Shown here piece by piece: positions 25,943 through 40,999 of a stretch of 64,000 nucleotides of DNA (position 1 is its first letter; each line of letters opens with the position of its first letter). Where the stretch lies: contig JAAPAO010000026.1 of the NCBI GenBank assembly GCA_013115145.1, positions 1-64,000 of the forward strand, in the 5' to 3' direction. This DNA comes from Perkinsus chesapeaki ATCC PRA-425. Lineage: Eukaryota; Protista; Perkinsozoa. The notes under the pieces were generated by a model, which was not told the DNA's origin, did no database searches, and saw only the letters and a program-made list of their open reading frames with translations. The position numbers were made by a program, and so were the translations under genes.

Positions 25943-26184
25943 CTCTTAATAATAAAGATAAGCACTAAATTGTGTAACAATTGTCCCCCTCTATTTTACA
26001 ACGTACAGGGCGTGCGCACCTTACCAAACTTGCCTTCTGTTACTAGGGGAAATGATGTCTAACCTTTTTCTAGAATTATAGTGGACATTCACAAGCCTCA
26101 ATGGTGTATTGAACAGCCAGATCTCCGTTGTCGTGAAAAATTTATCGACACTTACTGGTAGTGGTTGTTGTTTTTGTTGTTGTA

Positions 26185-26790
26185 ATGATAAGATTCGTAT
26201 TGGTACAGAATAGGCAAGGTAAGACTAGATTATCTAAATGGTATGTACCTTATAATGCTGCTGAAAAGAATAAAGTAGAAGGTGAGATACATAGAGCTGT
26301 AGTATCTAGGGATAATAGGTAATAACTAATAACAATAACAATAATAACCATAATAAAAGGTCAACTAATTTCCTTGAGTATCGTAATTACAAAATAATAT
26401 ATCGTCGATACGCAGGGTTATTCTTTAGCTTCTGTGTAGATGTTAATGATAATGAGGTAGTAATATTAATAATATACAATAATACTAGCATCAACCTTAG
26501 ATGTGCGTATTGGAATTAATACATCTATTTGTTGAAGTATTAGATGGTTATTTTGGTAATGTATGTGAGCTTGATTTAGTATTCCATTTTGATAAGGTAA
26601 ACTATATACTATCTAGGCATTATATATTGATAGTTCCATACAGGTATATCATATACTAGATGAATTACTATTAGATGGTGAAATAGAGGATACTAGCTCA
26701 GCAGTGGTAGTATGGCAGGGATAAGGGAGAGTGTTAATATAGTCTTGATAGATACTGGAAAAGTTAAGACAATCGGATAAGCTTGATTGA
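26185..26790 (+). CDS. AP2S1: AP-2 adaptor complex sigma subunit
   Basis: [20 protein letters not shown]...[16 protein letters not shown]...[10 protein letters not shown]...[12 protein letters not shown]. Confidence 0.93.
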
Positions 26791-26933
26791 TTATTATAGT
26801 AGTTTTTACATTCACCACAGGATAATACCAGAACACATACAGTCTCAGTAACATTTATTTATATCATTTTTGTGTTCCTCATACCGACTTTTCCATAAAC
26901 AGCTTAACTTTATTTATAAAGGTATTGGTCGGT

Positions 26934-28117
26934 ATGGAATCATCTAGTTCTACAGTCCTTTCTTCTTCCTCCTCCTCGTCACCAGCGTCAGCATTGGATT
27001 CCTTTATTATACTAGCTTCCTCAACCACAGGGCAGGCTACTGTTAGGCTAATACAAGAGGTTATATAAATAAGGGGAAATAAAGGGGCTATAGGGATGGT
27101 GGTGCTAAATATGTGTTAGGTTATATCACACAAATCTATATATGTTTTTGGTGAGCTATTAGATGTACCTAATATAAAGGAAGTAATAAAAGTTAATAAG
27201 GAAAATGGGTATTATTGTTGATATCAGTTATCTGATAGTAATGACCATACAGCTAAAGGATGGTATAATATGCTGGAGCTATTTGCATATGGTGGCACTA
27301 TTAAAGACTATAATAATAGAGGTAATATAAAAGATAATATTATATAATAATAAATGTATAGATACTACAGCCCTACCATCACTTAACCCTATACAATATA
27401 GGAAATTGCAGTTATTAACATTACAAACATTAGCGTCTAAAAGGTAGTAGTTATATGACGCTAAACCTAATACCTTACCTTTAGCCCAAATAGTGAACTA
27501 CTCTACGCTACTGTAATAGAGTCCCTATGTCTTAGTAATAATAAGGATGTAGAGGAAGCTGTTATAGAGGCTATGGATGCAGGGATACTAGTAATAGAAT
27601 TGTTAAGGGTGGTGGTGGTGTTGTTAGGCTCATATAGTAGTGTGTTTTAGGACTGTACCTTAGACCCTATGAATAGTGTTATAAGAATAAAGTGGGTCGA
27701 TGGTAGGGATATTAGACTAGATAATATGGGTGGTATAATAGATGTAATAATACTATGATATTAAGTATTTATGAATATATGTTAGACGTTGAAGGGGTTC
27801 CTATACAAATCAAAGGGAGTAGCATTAGATATAGGGGATCCTAATAGAGTAGAGTCAGATGATGATATGATAACTAAACTATCTACAGTAATACCATCTA
27901 GCCTCACTGATTTAATATTTCATATTAGTTAACTAAGAGGTTAGACACTCTGCGGCATTCAATGGATGAATATAAGGCATTGGTTGATCAGGCTAATGCA
28001 TTAGGTAATACTACTAGGTAGTAATACTATACACTCATTTACACTAGTATAGGGAATGTAAAGGAATCAACAACAACAACAACAACAGCTAGTAGCTGTT
28101 CGACTACTAATATGTAA
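26934..28117 (+). CDS. CSN7: COP9 signalosome subunit 7 (PCI domain)
   Basis: LDSFIILASSTTGQATVRLIQEVISHKSIYVFGELLDVPNI...LELFAYGGT...KLQLLTL...DVEEAVIEAM...GRDIR. Confidence 0.85.
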
Positions 28118-28135
28118 TCATTCTTACTTCCATCA

Positions 28136-30600
28136 TGGAGATGATATCAATATCGAGTTTCATATTACATATTATTGGTATTAGTTTATATAAGGTGGAT
28201 GTATAGAAGTTATGGTATCTTGTTTTAAATGTTGTTGTTCATTACCTGTTATTTTAATTATCATATTATTATACCGTGATGTTGATGGTGCTCCAAGGCG
28301 TAGGAAGGTAGTAATATACTAATGTCATAGAATATCTAGTATACGTTATTATTAGACTGTAGTATGGACTGATATAGAGGATATAATAGTAAGTAAAGGC
28401 GACCTTACACCATCATTTAATAAGTATTAATAGTAGCTTTATATAATATAATAATACTATCTATAGGTCTATATATCATTACTCTTTGGATTTATGGTCA
28501 TCAGTAGAGTCTATCCTTATGAGTATTAAGTTGAATACCACAGCATATGGTATTAATACTGATTTTATAACACCATCTATATACATACAAGTTAAGGCTG
28601 TTATTACGATATTATAATATAGTAAGGTAATGATGTTAGGTAATAAGATAGATGATTATACACCATTACAGCCAATTGAATATATAGTATTATTAAACTA
28701 TACAGTAGATGCTATTAATATGGATGTATCAGTAGGAATAGGGGATCTATTGTAGTATAGTAGTATTATATAAGGTATTATTAATAGATCCAGTTAATGA
28801 TGGTTGGTTAATAAAGGCTAGGAGTGAGTATATTATAAAGATAAGGAGGCCACCTGATGTAATGACCTCCTCCTATATAAGGACATACCTCCCTTGTAGT
28901 TGAAACGTTTATTGCCTATTAAAGGATTATCTGTATATGATGACAGGGGTACATTAATACCACTACAGGGAAATGTTAGTGAATATATTATAGCACCAAA
29001 GGTAATAACATATACTCCTTGTTATCATTGGATACCCTAGTATTAGACACCTTATTCGACTCTATATATTTATCCACAATGTGATGAGCATGCCACTGGC
29101 TTTGTAGTAGGAGGCCAAGAACTACCCCTTGGTGCTGCATATACTGGGGGGCAGCAGCAATGTAGTGATGTTAAAGAGGTGGTAATAATGCTGTATTTGT
29201 AAGTGATAATGTATTAGTAGGGCGAAAGGATGTTAATATCATGTTATTATAGGGATAAAAAGTATACTAATGGTAATATGGTAAGTTATCCTTTTAATGG
29301 TAGTAAGGTTATTATCATCTATAGTGGGAGAGTATACCTGTTATGGTAACAATATATAAGACATATACAATGGTTAATGATAGGGATATAATAATAACAT
29401 TACAGGATGAAGAGGGAGGGGAATGCAGTGAGGACTTGAGGGAAATACGGTATTATTATATGCTCAATACTCAGGCTCTAGGCATCCTACAAGTAACCTT
29501 CCTGTTAATGGTAGCTTTTATTGTAAAGCTCTAAGGGACGTTATACACTTTACTCTTATTACAAGGCTCACAGAGGGTACTAGGGTGGAGGATTGGAGGG
29601 AAATGTGGTATAATTATTATAGGTTTGATAGGACGTATACTTTATGATAATAAGGAAAGGGATGGCATTGATATAATAAGTGATGTCCCTACAGAAGGTA
29701 TTAAGATAGTAATTATATAGTATAATTATATACAGCTATCAAGCTACCATATTCCCTCTCGGCAACCTTTACATTACACTTACCTTACGGATCTGTTATG
29801 GAGCCCCCATCCTATAAGATATGGAGTATAATAGTATATAGAAATAGTACATTAATATCAAGTAATACTATAATACAGTAGTAGTAGACTAATAATAAGG
29901 TAATACTACTACAACAACAGAGGTATTACCTCATAAACCCACTACTACACCATATACCACTGAAGGCTTATATACAACAACAACAACAGCAACAACAACA
30001 ACAACAACACCTACAAGCACTATACGGTATACCACTGATAAGGTTGTTGTTATTACTGAAGGACCAGTCGATTACAAAGATAAGCTGTACTGCTACTACC
30101 AGGCATAGATGGTTATAAAGTATGTTATATTTTAGTTGGTATAACTACCCTATGGAGGATATAAGGTTTAATATCAGCTGTGTAGATGAAGACACTTGTA
30201 GGTGTATATTAATGCAACAATACTTTCATATATGTGTTATATTAGATGAAGTAATAATAATAAAGCTGTTATAATTACCTTATATTAATATGTAGATTAC
30301 AACGCTCCGCCTACTAGTGTCAATGGAATCTGCGTTACATACCACTAAAGAGGTAGGCTTATACTCTTACTTAGAGGAAGTATGGTTATTATTAGGATCG
30401 AATAGAGCTCATAGAGGATGGTAAGGTTGTTAGTACTATAATATTGGATGAAGTTAGTGATGATATCACAGTACCGGTAGGAAGAACCCATACCGTATTT
30501 TCGTATATTAACCTAACATTCTAGGATGATGCTCTCTACACATATATGTTACTACGTTATGAATGCCACCACCATCATAATAGCATACTAGATATTATTT
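28136..30600 (+). CDS. Hypothetical multi-exon protein, probably secreted or membrane (beta-rich N-part, hydrophobic segments later)
   Basis: A chain of short GT-AG-bounded open exons with an N-terminal hydrophobic stretch and a hydrophobic block near 29.5-29.7 kb. No motif was recognised with confidence. Confidence 0.4.
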
Positions 30601-31022
30601 CCTCTAAGTAATATCGCATATTATCTTCATATACCCCTTCAATAGGCCTCATCCTTCCTCCTCCTCCTCTACTCTATATGATTACCCAATAATGATAGTA
30701 CATGCCAGTCATTGGAGCCATGCTTTACATGCTTATAAAAGGATAGTATTGCCACAAGCACCTTATACATTCCCTACAACACAATATCCACCGTACTATA
30801 CCATAATATTATCATCATTATCCTCCTATTACCATGTATCAGATACATACTCATAAACCCATCTGACCAGGAGCAGCAGCAGTGATGTCGGTTGCTCTTA
30901 ATCATGCTCTGCATGTTATTAATTAGTCTTATGTTTTTCTATTAATAGTTTCTCCACTATTCCACGGACTTGAGGATATTATATTAAATAATAGTAGTAT
31001 TAGTTTGTTTTAATTATACATA

Positions 31023-32252
<1,230 letters not shown>

Positions 32253-32545
32253 TGAACAATTCTTATATTTCACTGATGCTGATGCTGTTACCCGTATTGT
32301 TGTTGTTTGTACTAGCGCTATTAACTTAAGCTATTACCATCTGCTGTATATAGCATTGCTGCTGCTGATGCTGTTATTGTTGTTGTTGCCTACTACTTAG
32401 ATGTATGTTAATAATAATAACAACAGGCAAGAGCAACAGTAGTAGTAATAACTGGCACCATAATAATCATCATCTTATACATTCCCATCAATCTCAATGT
32501 GTTGTGCAGTTAATTGTATTTAAATTAGGATACACCTGTCATGAA

Positions 32546-35500
32546 TGTTATGAATGATTGTAGAGGGCAACATGCTCGATCAAGGCATATGAGACTAGCG
32601 GCAACTAATGGGAGAATAGACCTATTATACAGGCATGTGGATGAATGGATAAATGATACTATAACATTACAGGATGAGGATGCTACACAATACTTAGTAT
32701 AACAGGAACAATAATCATATTATATAGAGGTTGCTGATTATAGGTTGATGAAATATGTCACCTGTGTTCCGAATGGACAACATGTAGAGTAGTAGATAGT
32801 AATATTATAATAAACATGCTAAGAAAGATAGAACAATCATTAATAAATAACACAGTAATATTTAATATCAGCAGAAGCAGCAGCAATATTGATAAGTCGG
32901 CAGTAGATGCCCCACAGCTCCTATGCACGATTTGTGCTATTACACAATATAGGGTGTATCTATAGGAACAAAAGAGAGTATAGGGAAGCATACAGGTTAA
33001 GAGAGGATAATGGATGATATAATATATATGATGGATGGTAGGTATTTAACAGCAGCTGCAGACAATTTAATAGATAATGAAGATGATAATGTTGCAACTG
33101 AGCATCACAGTTACCTTTATTCGCTTAAGCATCTAAACCTAGCAGGTGTCCTGTCCAAGCTGGGAAGGCACGAGGAGGCTTTTGGCCATGCTTCTAAGTA
33201 TGGATAATATTACTATAGAATATTACATAGACCTTCGTTAGAGCAATAACGATACTTACTACTACTCAATCACATTCCTCATCATTATCATATCATTCCT
33301 CTATAACTAATTACTCAACAACTCAACTGTCAACTTGCTTCAATGGCGATGTTGCTGCTGATGTTCTTTGGGTAAAGGCAGCGGCTTATGATATCCTAGC
33401 GAGTGAGCTATCACATCTAGGACAAGTAATCTCAGGGGGTCACTCGATATTCACCTTTAATAACAAACACTTAGGTGAAGGATGCAGTACGGGCTCATTT
33501 ACAAGCCTATGAGTTTGCAGTAGCTGCAGCATCATCAGCTGGTGCAGCTGGGCCAAATGCCCATGGTTAGTGTTGATAGTATGCTCAAGTTGGAGTCGTA
33601 TAATAGTAGATACCCCAGCTGTAAGATCATATAGACATCGATATCTAATGGCAACACTTAAAGTACCCGAGCAACACCAACAACAGAGTACACAAGGAGA
33701 AGGAGGAGGTGAATACCAACTGTGGGAACATGTGTTATATAGTGTATAGGACTATACAGTCATAGTAGAGGGTCAATGTTACAAAGGCAGGATCAAGAAG
33801 AACAAGAAGAAGCACTCTATGAAGAGGATAAAGCATTAGTGATTAGAGTAGATATTAAGCTAGAGTCTTCCTCTGGTGAATATATGGTGTTCGGTATAGA
33901 ATAGAGCATTTGATGGTTATACAGTAGAGGCTTATGATAAAGGGGATGGTGTATTACTAAAAGCATACCAACAGCATCAACACAAGTCTACTCCTTGTGG
34001 GTGAGATATAGACCACCTTCACAGTCTTAACCATGTCTATAAGATACGCCCTCATTACTGATGGTGACCTGGCAGACTTGATGACACATTATCATCATCA
34101 TCATGGTAGCGTACAGTATACCTATCTCAGGGCGGCACTGTACTGTAGGCCATCAGACAGCATCATCATCATCATCACATACTACTACTAGAGACTTCCT
34201 ACGTGCTTTATGTGATAGTGTTATAATAAACACATCATTTGCAGGGAGAAGAAGAAAAAGGACAATAAAAATAATATATGAATCAAGACAGGTTATCCTC
34301 CATCATCGCATGATGAGATAACAGCACTGCTGCAACTGCTGCTGTACTAGGTATACCACAACCTTAGTATTCTTGGTGAAGCTTGTAACAACAACAACCG
34401 AAGAAGACATCACACCAATCGTAAGGGGCACCAATACTCGACTTATTCCTAAATATTGTCAGGCTCACGCCCCTCGACAGCAGCAGCTCGCGTACCCCTT
34501 CCACAACGGTTACAGGCTGCTGCTGCTGCTGTTACTAGGTCATCAACACACCGGTGAGATTATAATATAGGAATGCACATTATAGATCTTATAGAGGCAA
34601 TCGGTCCTCCTCCTCTGATTGGGGTAGCTCCTTTACTGGTGAAGATATACGACATCGTTCCTATATTCATGACTATGGTATATTATATTCCCACAACTCA
34701 GAGGTAACTAGCCCTGATAAGGTGTGTAGCACTGTTAATAGGGAGTTGAGGACGTTGATAGAAGAAGAAGCCATTGTAGTCACCAGACACCCACAGTGCC
34801 CAAAAGCCCAGCATGTTACCACCGTAGAGGTATGGCGTACCGCAATGGTGAATGCGGAGAGGTAGAGGAAGGCTTAAAGTCCATATACTGCCCGACTCGC
34901 TGGATACAGATACAGCGACCGAGTGTACCACGGGTTAGTCCACCAAAAGGCAGGCCACAGCGGCCACCAGGGGGAAGGAGGCTCGTACAAGGTAGACAGC
35001 AGTTAAGTGGGAATGTAAGCCGAGTATGATGGTAGGTGTTGTCGGGGTCCAGAGAACATCAAGACTTATAGTACCTACAACCCGTGATATAGCGACCATT
35101 ACGCCGACAACCACCACCACTGGGGTTGGCAATGGAAGGCAAGGGAAAGAGATAGGTGGGTAACATCGTTACAGATGGGGTTGGAGAGTATGTGGTTTTA
35201 GATAGTGGATGGAGGAAGGAGGAGGACATGGATCATCGAAGGCGATGGTAAGGGAGTAGATAGCTCTACAAGGAGGATGACATTAATCAGGGCTAACAAT
35301 AACAGAAGAAATTGTGCATCAAATCGAAGGGGTAGGGTTATTGTGAGATGTAAGTAGGAAGCTAAATCCCTAGCAGTCCCAGCAAGACATAACAACACTC
35401 CACGTGGGAGGACAACTCCAGCAGTAGCTCCAGAAGCCTCATCATCCTCGACTGCTGCTGCTGCAGTTGGGAGGGTACAGAGGCATGTTATGCATTACAC

Positions 35501-36540
35501 AGCATTTACAGGCCTACCAACCATTGGAGCGTCCACGACCCAGAAGTGCATTCATCCAACAACAACAGCAGCAAACAACAGCAAGTGGGAACTATCATCA
35601 TAACCAACAACAGCATCATCATCAACAACCAAGAATACCCTCTCGAGCATCACCACCGTCAAGGTTAGGAAACAGCATGCAAAGAGAGGAGCTCCATGTT
35701 GTCAGGCCACAATCAGCTAGACGCCCCGCTTCAGCAAGGAACAGCCACTTTAGACCACCATCAACTGATGCTACTCTTGACCATCCATCCGAGCAGCAAA
35801 TAGATAGATATTGGCGGTTCCTTGTCGGTGGGGAGAATTACGACCGTAGGAGTGGAGCAAGAGCTATGGGACAACAAAGTGTTAGGGCTACTACGACACC
35901 ACCTCATGAAGCCGAGGCCGATATCATCGAAGAGCAGGAAGCATCGTAGAGAGTATCAGCCAACTACTGTGGAGCCAGGGTTCGTGTAGGTAGGCAGAAA
36001 AGGTGTAGGATATGAAGGTTTATAGGGATGTCTTAAGGTACGATGATCCCACCGGTGATACACTTATAGATTCGGTTGAGGAGATTTTAGAGGAAGATCC
36101 AGAAGGGCTGGAAGAGGTGAGCACCCTACCTTATGTGTATGCCTATTGTTATAGCAGGAGGCTCTGTTCACGGAGGAAGATCTGATTCTGGAAAACTCAG
36201 AAGATATCTTACTCTATCCTCCTCCTCCTGTGGATGAGTACGATATTAACCGCTCACAGGTGGATGATCTATTCTTGATTGATGCTAAGTTCATTCGCTC
36301 AGCAGTCTGATGCGATATTCGAGCATGCTACTGATTGGGAGGAGGGCACGTTTGTTGAGGAATCTCCCGATCAACATCTACCCAACGAACACATTGTGCT
36401 GTTCCAGGCCGATTTGCGTAATTCTATTGTTCCTTTTCTAGGACGTTACCATTCACTCCCCCTCCAGCATGGCAAGAGAGCCTCGACCAAGCTCCCCGCC
36501 AGCCCGACGCCCCTCTGCTGGATGGGGCATCGATAAGCCA
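32546..36540 (+). CDS. Large hypothetical protein, TPR-like N-part plus low-complexity Q/P/R region
   Basis: HLNLAGVLSKLGRHEEAFGHA is TPR-like. There are many short exons and ORF 35467-35949. It could be more than one gene. Confidence 0.45.
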
Positions 36541-37147
36541 TCAAGCACGTCACCCATCAAAGGACAGTTTAAGTGATTTCATATCAGTTTGCTGACTTGC
36601 GCTAAATGTAGTCGAAAATCGGTATCTTTTTGGGAGAGCGGGAAGAGGGCAAAGGTGTTGACTGACAGTCGGATGGCGGCATGTCTTGTTTGGCAAGACA
36701 GCCTCTGAAGTTTGGGATTATCTCCTTTTAGGCTGCCAGTGACAACACCGGAGCCGAGCCCAATTAGTCACTCGTGCTCACTACAATCTACGTAGAGAGC
36801 CAAGCTGGCCCAGCAAACTATGAGTCACAAAGCAGGCTCCTCCTGATAAAGAAAAAATGTAAGTCAGGTTTCCTCTAAGCTGTAAGCCCATAGTAAACAC
36901 CACAAGCTCTTTAGTTATTGCAAAGGCGCAGCTTCACAACTTTCCATTGGGGGAAGATTCTCACCAGGAGCCTTGCCCGTCCAGGGGCACGTTCGCACAA
37001 AGTACACAGAGTAAGCGGGTAGCACAGACTCCAAGCTGCACTTCGCTCATTTACTCTACGAACAACAAGTGGTGCTCCGCATTTAACCTTTTTGATGCAC
37101 GGCAAATTGATGGAGAGTTGTAGACTTACAACACAACAGAATAGCAT

Positions 37148-37693
37148 TCATATTTTATTAACCTTTTCGATACCTTTACGTGACGCTTTCATGCCAAAAT
37201 CTGTTTTACAGGAGGGGCATTCTGAGCTCTCCTCCAGCAGCCAACGATCTATACATCTAGCATGGAAGTGATGTAGACATGGCAGAGTTCGCATGAAACA
37301 TTCTACTGCGAACTCCTCCATGCATATAGCACATGTTCTTTGCTGATGGGCATCGTTATACCGCCACCGTGGGAAAGTATCCAACACAGAGGGATCGATC
37401 CCACGATACTCAGTCAGCTTTGCAGCATCATCGTTGGTGATTGTGTCGAGGAACGCCTCGCCTTCGCCAGGTGGGGTTTCCTGGTGGATTGCGTGGTTGC
37501 GAGAGGAGGATGAGGACGACTCCCCAGTGGGTATTTGGGCCTCGGAAGATTCACTTTGGCAGAGAATATCTACAAATTGTGGAGGGGGCACCGTACGAGG
37601 CTCATCGCAGGGGTGGCTGGTTACTGCAACCCCGACATCGGAATGAAGAGAATTGAAGAAGTCCATCTCAACAATCTTGCAACAACCTGCCAC
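37148..37693 (-). CDS. RING-H2 E3 ligase-like protein
   Basis: CAICMEEF...LPCLHHFHARCIDRWL...CPSCK. Confidence 0.88.
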   Translation of the reverse strand: MAGCCKIVEMDFFNSLHSDVGVAVTSHPCDEPRTVPPPQFVDILCQSESSEAQIPTGESSSSSSRNHAIHQETPPGEGEAFLDTITNDDAAKLTEYRGIDPSVLDTFPRWRYNDAHQQRTCAICMEEFAVECFMRTLPCLHHFHARCIDRWLLEESSECPSCKTDFGMKASRKGIEKVNKI

Positions 37694-37999
37694 TTATATT
37701 ATTGACTGCTCAACAAATAGGAAGGTTTCAAGATCCATTGCCAAGCAAAAGACCTGGGAAGTGTTGTCGGATGGGAGTGTGCTGAAAGTAGTATCGGCAG
37801 CATTAAACAACAAACTCGATCGACTATAGTCAACAAAAAGGAGAGATAACAGAAATGCCATGATCGATCTCATTCTGAGAGGGCAACAATCCTTCACACA
37901 AACGTGATTGGGACCTACTTTAGAGATCTTCATCGATAATGTCGCCTGCAGCCATACTGATGCCTCCTTCTGCGTCGCCTACAGTGGTGGACAAAAGGA

Positions 38000-38957
38000 C
38001 CATGGGCTCCCATCGGTCGGCCTAGAACCAAAGCTCAAGAGTAGCACATCATATCATTTTACATCTTGGTCGAATAGGTAACATCCACCACAGGCCAGTG
38101 GCACAGGCCATAACCTTTAATGTGGGTATAACTACACGGGTGAAGAATCCAGCAACGTGAAGGGAACGCTCAGGCTCATCAGCCGGTGTACCCTAATATC
38201 TATTATCCATCCATATAGCCACTACTGTTTACCTCCTGCTCAACTGTGGGATGTGTAGCAGCTGCTGTTGAAGGAGCAGATGCTGTGTAACCATGGAAGG
38301 CTTGGCGCTCATCTGGCGCCCCCGCTAGGTCATGACCTACGCGAGTATCTTACACACAGCAATATCATCAACTTCTACTACCGTCTGTATTTCTTATCAT
38401 AACTGGTCTGCCATTGAACTGTAGGAAGTCCGTTATAACCAGTCTTTTAACAGGGTGATTTGATGGAAAGGGTGATATAAAGGATACCAAACCCCTACCA
38501 CACAAACTAGTTGATCATGCCTCGGCAATACCAACTCCTACTGTATAAAGCATTCCAGTCCTCGTCTACGCTCTTCTGTTATATTATTATCAAATTGTCC
38601 ATAAGTGCCCATACCATTCCTCGGTGGCAATGGATATCTGACCATAAGACACTATGAGCAACTCCACTGCTGTTGCCTTCCATAATACGGCGGGGCCATC
38701 CCAGTGAGCTCCTGGAAGTCCGTGGCCAACGCCTGGAACTCGCTGAATCGACGCTCAATATCATACCTGGTAACATAAACGCGTCAATCATAAACAAGCA
38801 GACGTTCCTACTGATGATGCCAACCATCACTGGCATCATCAGCTGTGACGTGTACGGTATATGTTGGAATGGCAGGGAGAGTGCCGCCGAATGATGGATC
38901 ACTCGGTGAAGATACAGTCACAGTCAGACTGCAGCCACCTTCTGATTCGTCTGTCAT
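38000..38957 (-). CDS. PX-domain (sorting-nexin-like) protein
   Basis: TYTVHVT...YDIERRFSEFQALATDF...LPPR. The 3' end is uncertain. Confidence 0.7.
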
Positions 38958-39223
38958 AATAACTGATAATTGAACGATGATCATAATAGGATTAATAACA
39001 CAACAGGAGTGCTTGGTGATGATGATGATGACATGCTTTATTATTATTTTAGCAACCTTCTTATACTGGAAACTTATTGATACATTATAACAATAATTAT
39101 CTGGCAGTGGCGGCAACTACACTACAGTGCAGCAGCAGCAGCAGTAGGTTAAGATAGGGTAAATAATACTATTGCACTATTGTTAGCTTCATAATAAGCT
39201 TCATCGTTTGTACGTATTATTAA

Positions 39224-40885
39224 TTACGCAAAGGTATCTCCTCGAATGCGTCGCACTAGACGGAGATCCTAAATCATGATACTAACCACATGCCTAACAG
39301 AGGCAGCAGCTTACTACCTTCGCCATTAGTGTAACTCTTTTGGCATGTATTGCCACTAGCATGGCATCTTCAAACAGGCCAACCTGGTGGAGATAACATC
39401 ATCATACCCTATCACCCCACCACTTCCTACTAAATATGCTTCAGCTGCAGTCTGTAATGCTATAAGAGCCTCTCTCGACCATCTATATGATAACATTATT
39501 AATTACTAATAAACTTGTTATATTACCTCCACTCATCACCGACAAATAAAAGTTGTATTTCCCTAACAACCCTAGCAAATGGTTTCTTCGGCACCAAGAG
39601 GTCCGTAGTGCGCTGCAAGACGACAGCCATAACAACACCCTCCTCCTATCATTTACACAACTCTACCTGGAATTGTCGTATCTCCTTTAGTGCCTTGGTA
39701 CCCGGTCGGAATCTGCCTACAGATCTGCCAGATCTACTACACCTATTGTAATTACCTTCTTTTCTTCCCTTCGTGTTGCTGCCCTCCACTAACTCTCCCC
39801 CCACCTACATCACCATTGATCCCATAGCTCTATTATCTATTACTAGTCCGCCCCGCTGTCTTCTTCTTGCCGGTTGTTGGCCTCCGTGCTTGTGGCTGCT
39901 GCTGCTGCTGCCTCGGTGCCCTATTTAACTACTTCACTTGTTATTAACCACCATACCACCTTACCGTTTAGGGCTTATCCTGTGTGCAGTCGGTGGTGTC
40001 CCTCTCATCTGTACTCGTCCTCTAGGGCCTACAATACCAACCATCATCATTATACCACCATCAGCATCAGCATCAGCAGCCTTACTAGCTGATTGCATAG
40101 CTGACGGTGGCGTCATTGCCGATGCGGAGGATGCAGTAGCTGCTGCTGTTGCCCTGCCTGCCCCCCTGCCTGGTGATGCTGCTCGTATTGGTGTCCTTCT
40201 AGGGGGAGGGGGTTGTGCCCTCCTCGGTGTGGGTACTGATTCCCCTGGGCTTTCTGGTTCACTAGACTCGGATGATGGCGATCGTGGTGGTGGTGGTGGA
40301 GGCTGCCTACAGTAAGGCTGAGCACGCCACTACACATTCAATCCTACCTTCCACGAGCAGCAGCTGCAGGTACACCTCGCCCGCCTATAACAGATTCCAT
40401 CGTTAACTGTGCTCCTCTCCTCCCTACCTGGTGTCACTGCCGCCTGCCTGGGTGGCGTCCTCCTTGCTCCTCCTCCACGTGGTGGTGGAGGGGGTAGCGC
40501 CCTCGGTGGTGTTGCCACTGACTCTTGTGGGCTCATCGGCTCACTGGACTCAGATGACCCGCCTGGTGATCCCCTAATATAGCAACCCTACCTGCTGCTG
40601 ATGATGATCCTTCCATTACCTATCATCTCCTCCTCTGCCTCTTCCCCCTCCTCCTCCTCGTGGTGGTGTCCGCCCTCCTCCTCCTCTGCCCCCACCTAAG
40701 AATTAGTTATCCCATACCCTCTCACTCATCAGCCTAACCTCCCGGAGAGAAGAGCTCAGATAGACGTGATAACATATAAGGGAGAAGAGTACTACTATAA
40801 AGAAAAGTAGCAGTAGTAGCAGCAGCCCACCTGGTGGAGGAGTGGATCCTGCTGAACTTGCTGTCCTTCTAAGCCGCGGTATCAT
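39224..40885 (-). CDS. CENH3: Centromeric histone H3 variant (CenH3/CENP-A) with long S/P/R-rich tail
   Basis: The fold reads [94 protein letters not shown]. It shows A in place of canonical Q (PFQR), W in place of F (RFQ), loss of T in EDT and a longer loop 1. The start is approximate. Confidence 0.82.
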
Positions 40886-40999
40886 TTCCAAAAGCCTAGC
40901 TTCCACTTAGCTATATTAAATGATACTAACCCAATATAAGTGGTGATAATGGTTATGACTTAATAACAACATTCAAGTAACAACATGTAGATTGAGGAA

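Noticed and set aside
37148-38957. A single PX-RING fusion gene
   Set aside because: I could not find a splice path that keeps the frame between the 37694-37933 ORF and the RING ORF, so they are left as separate genes.
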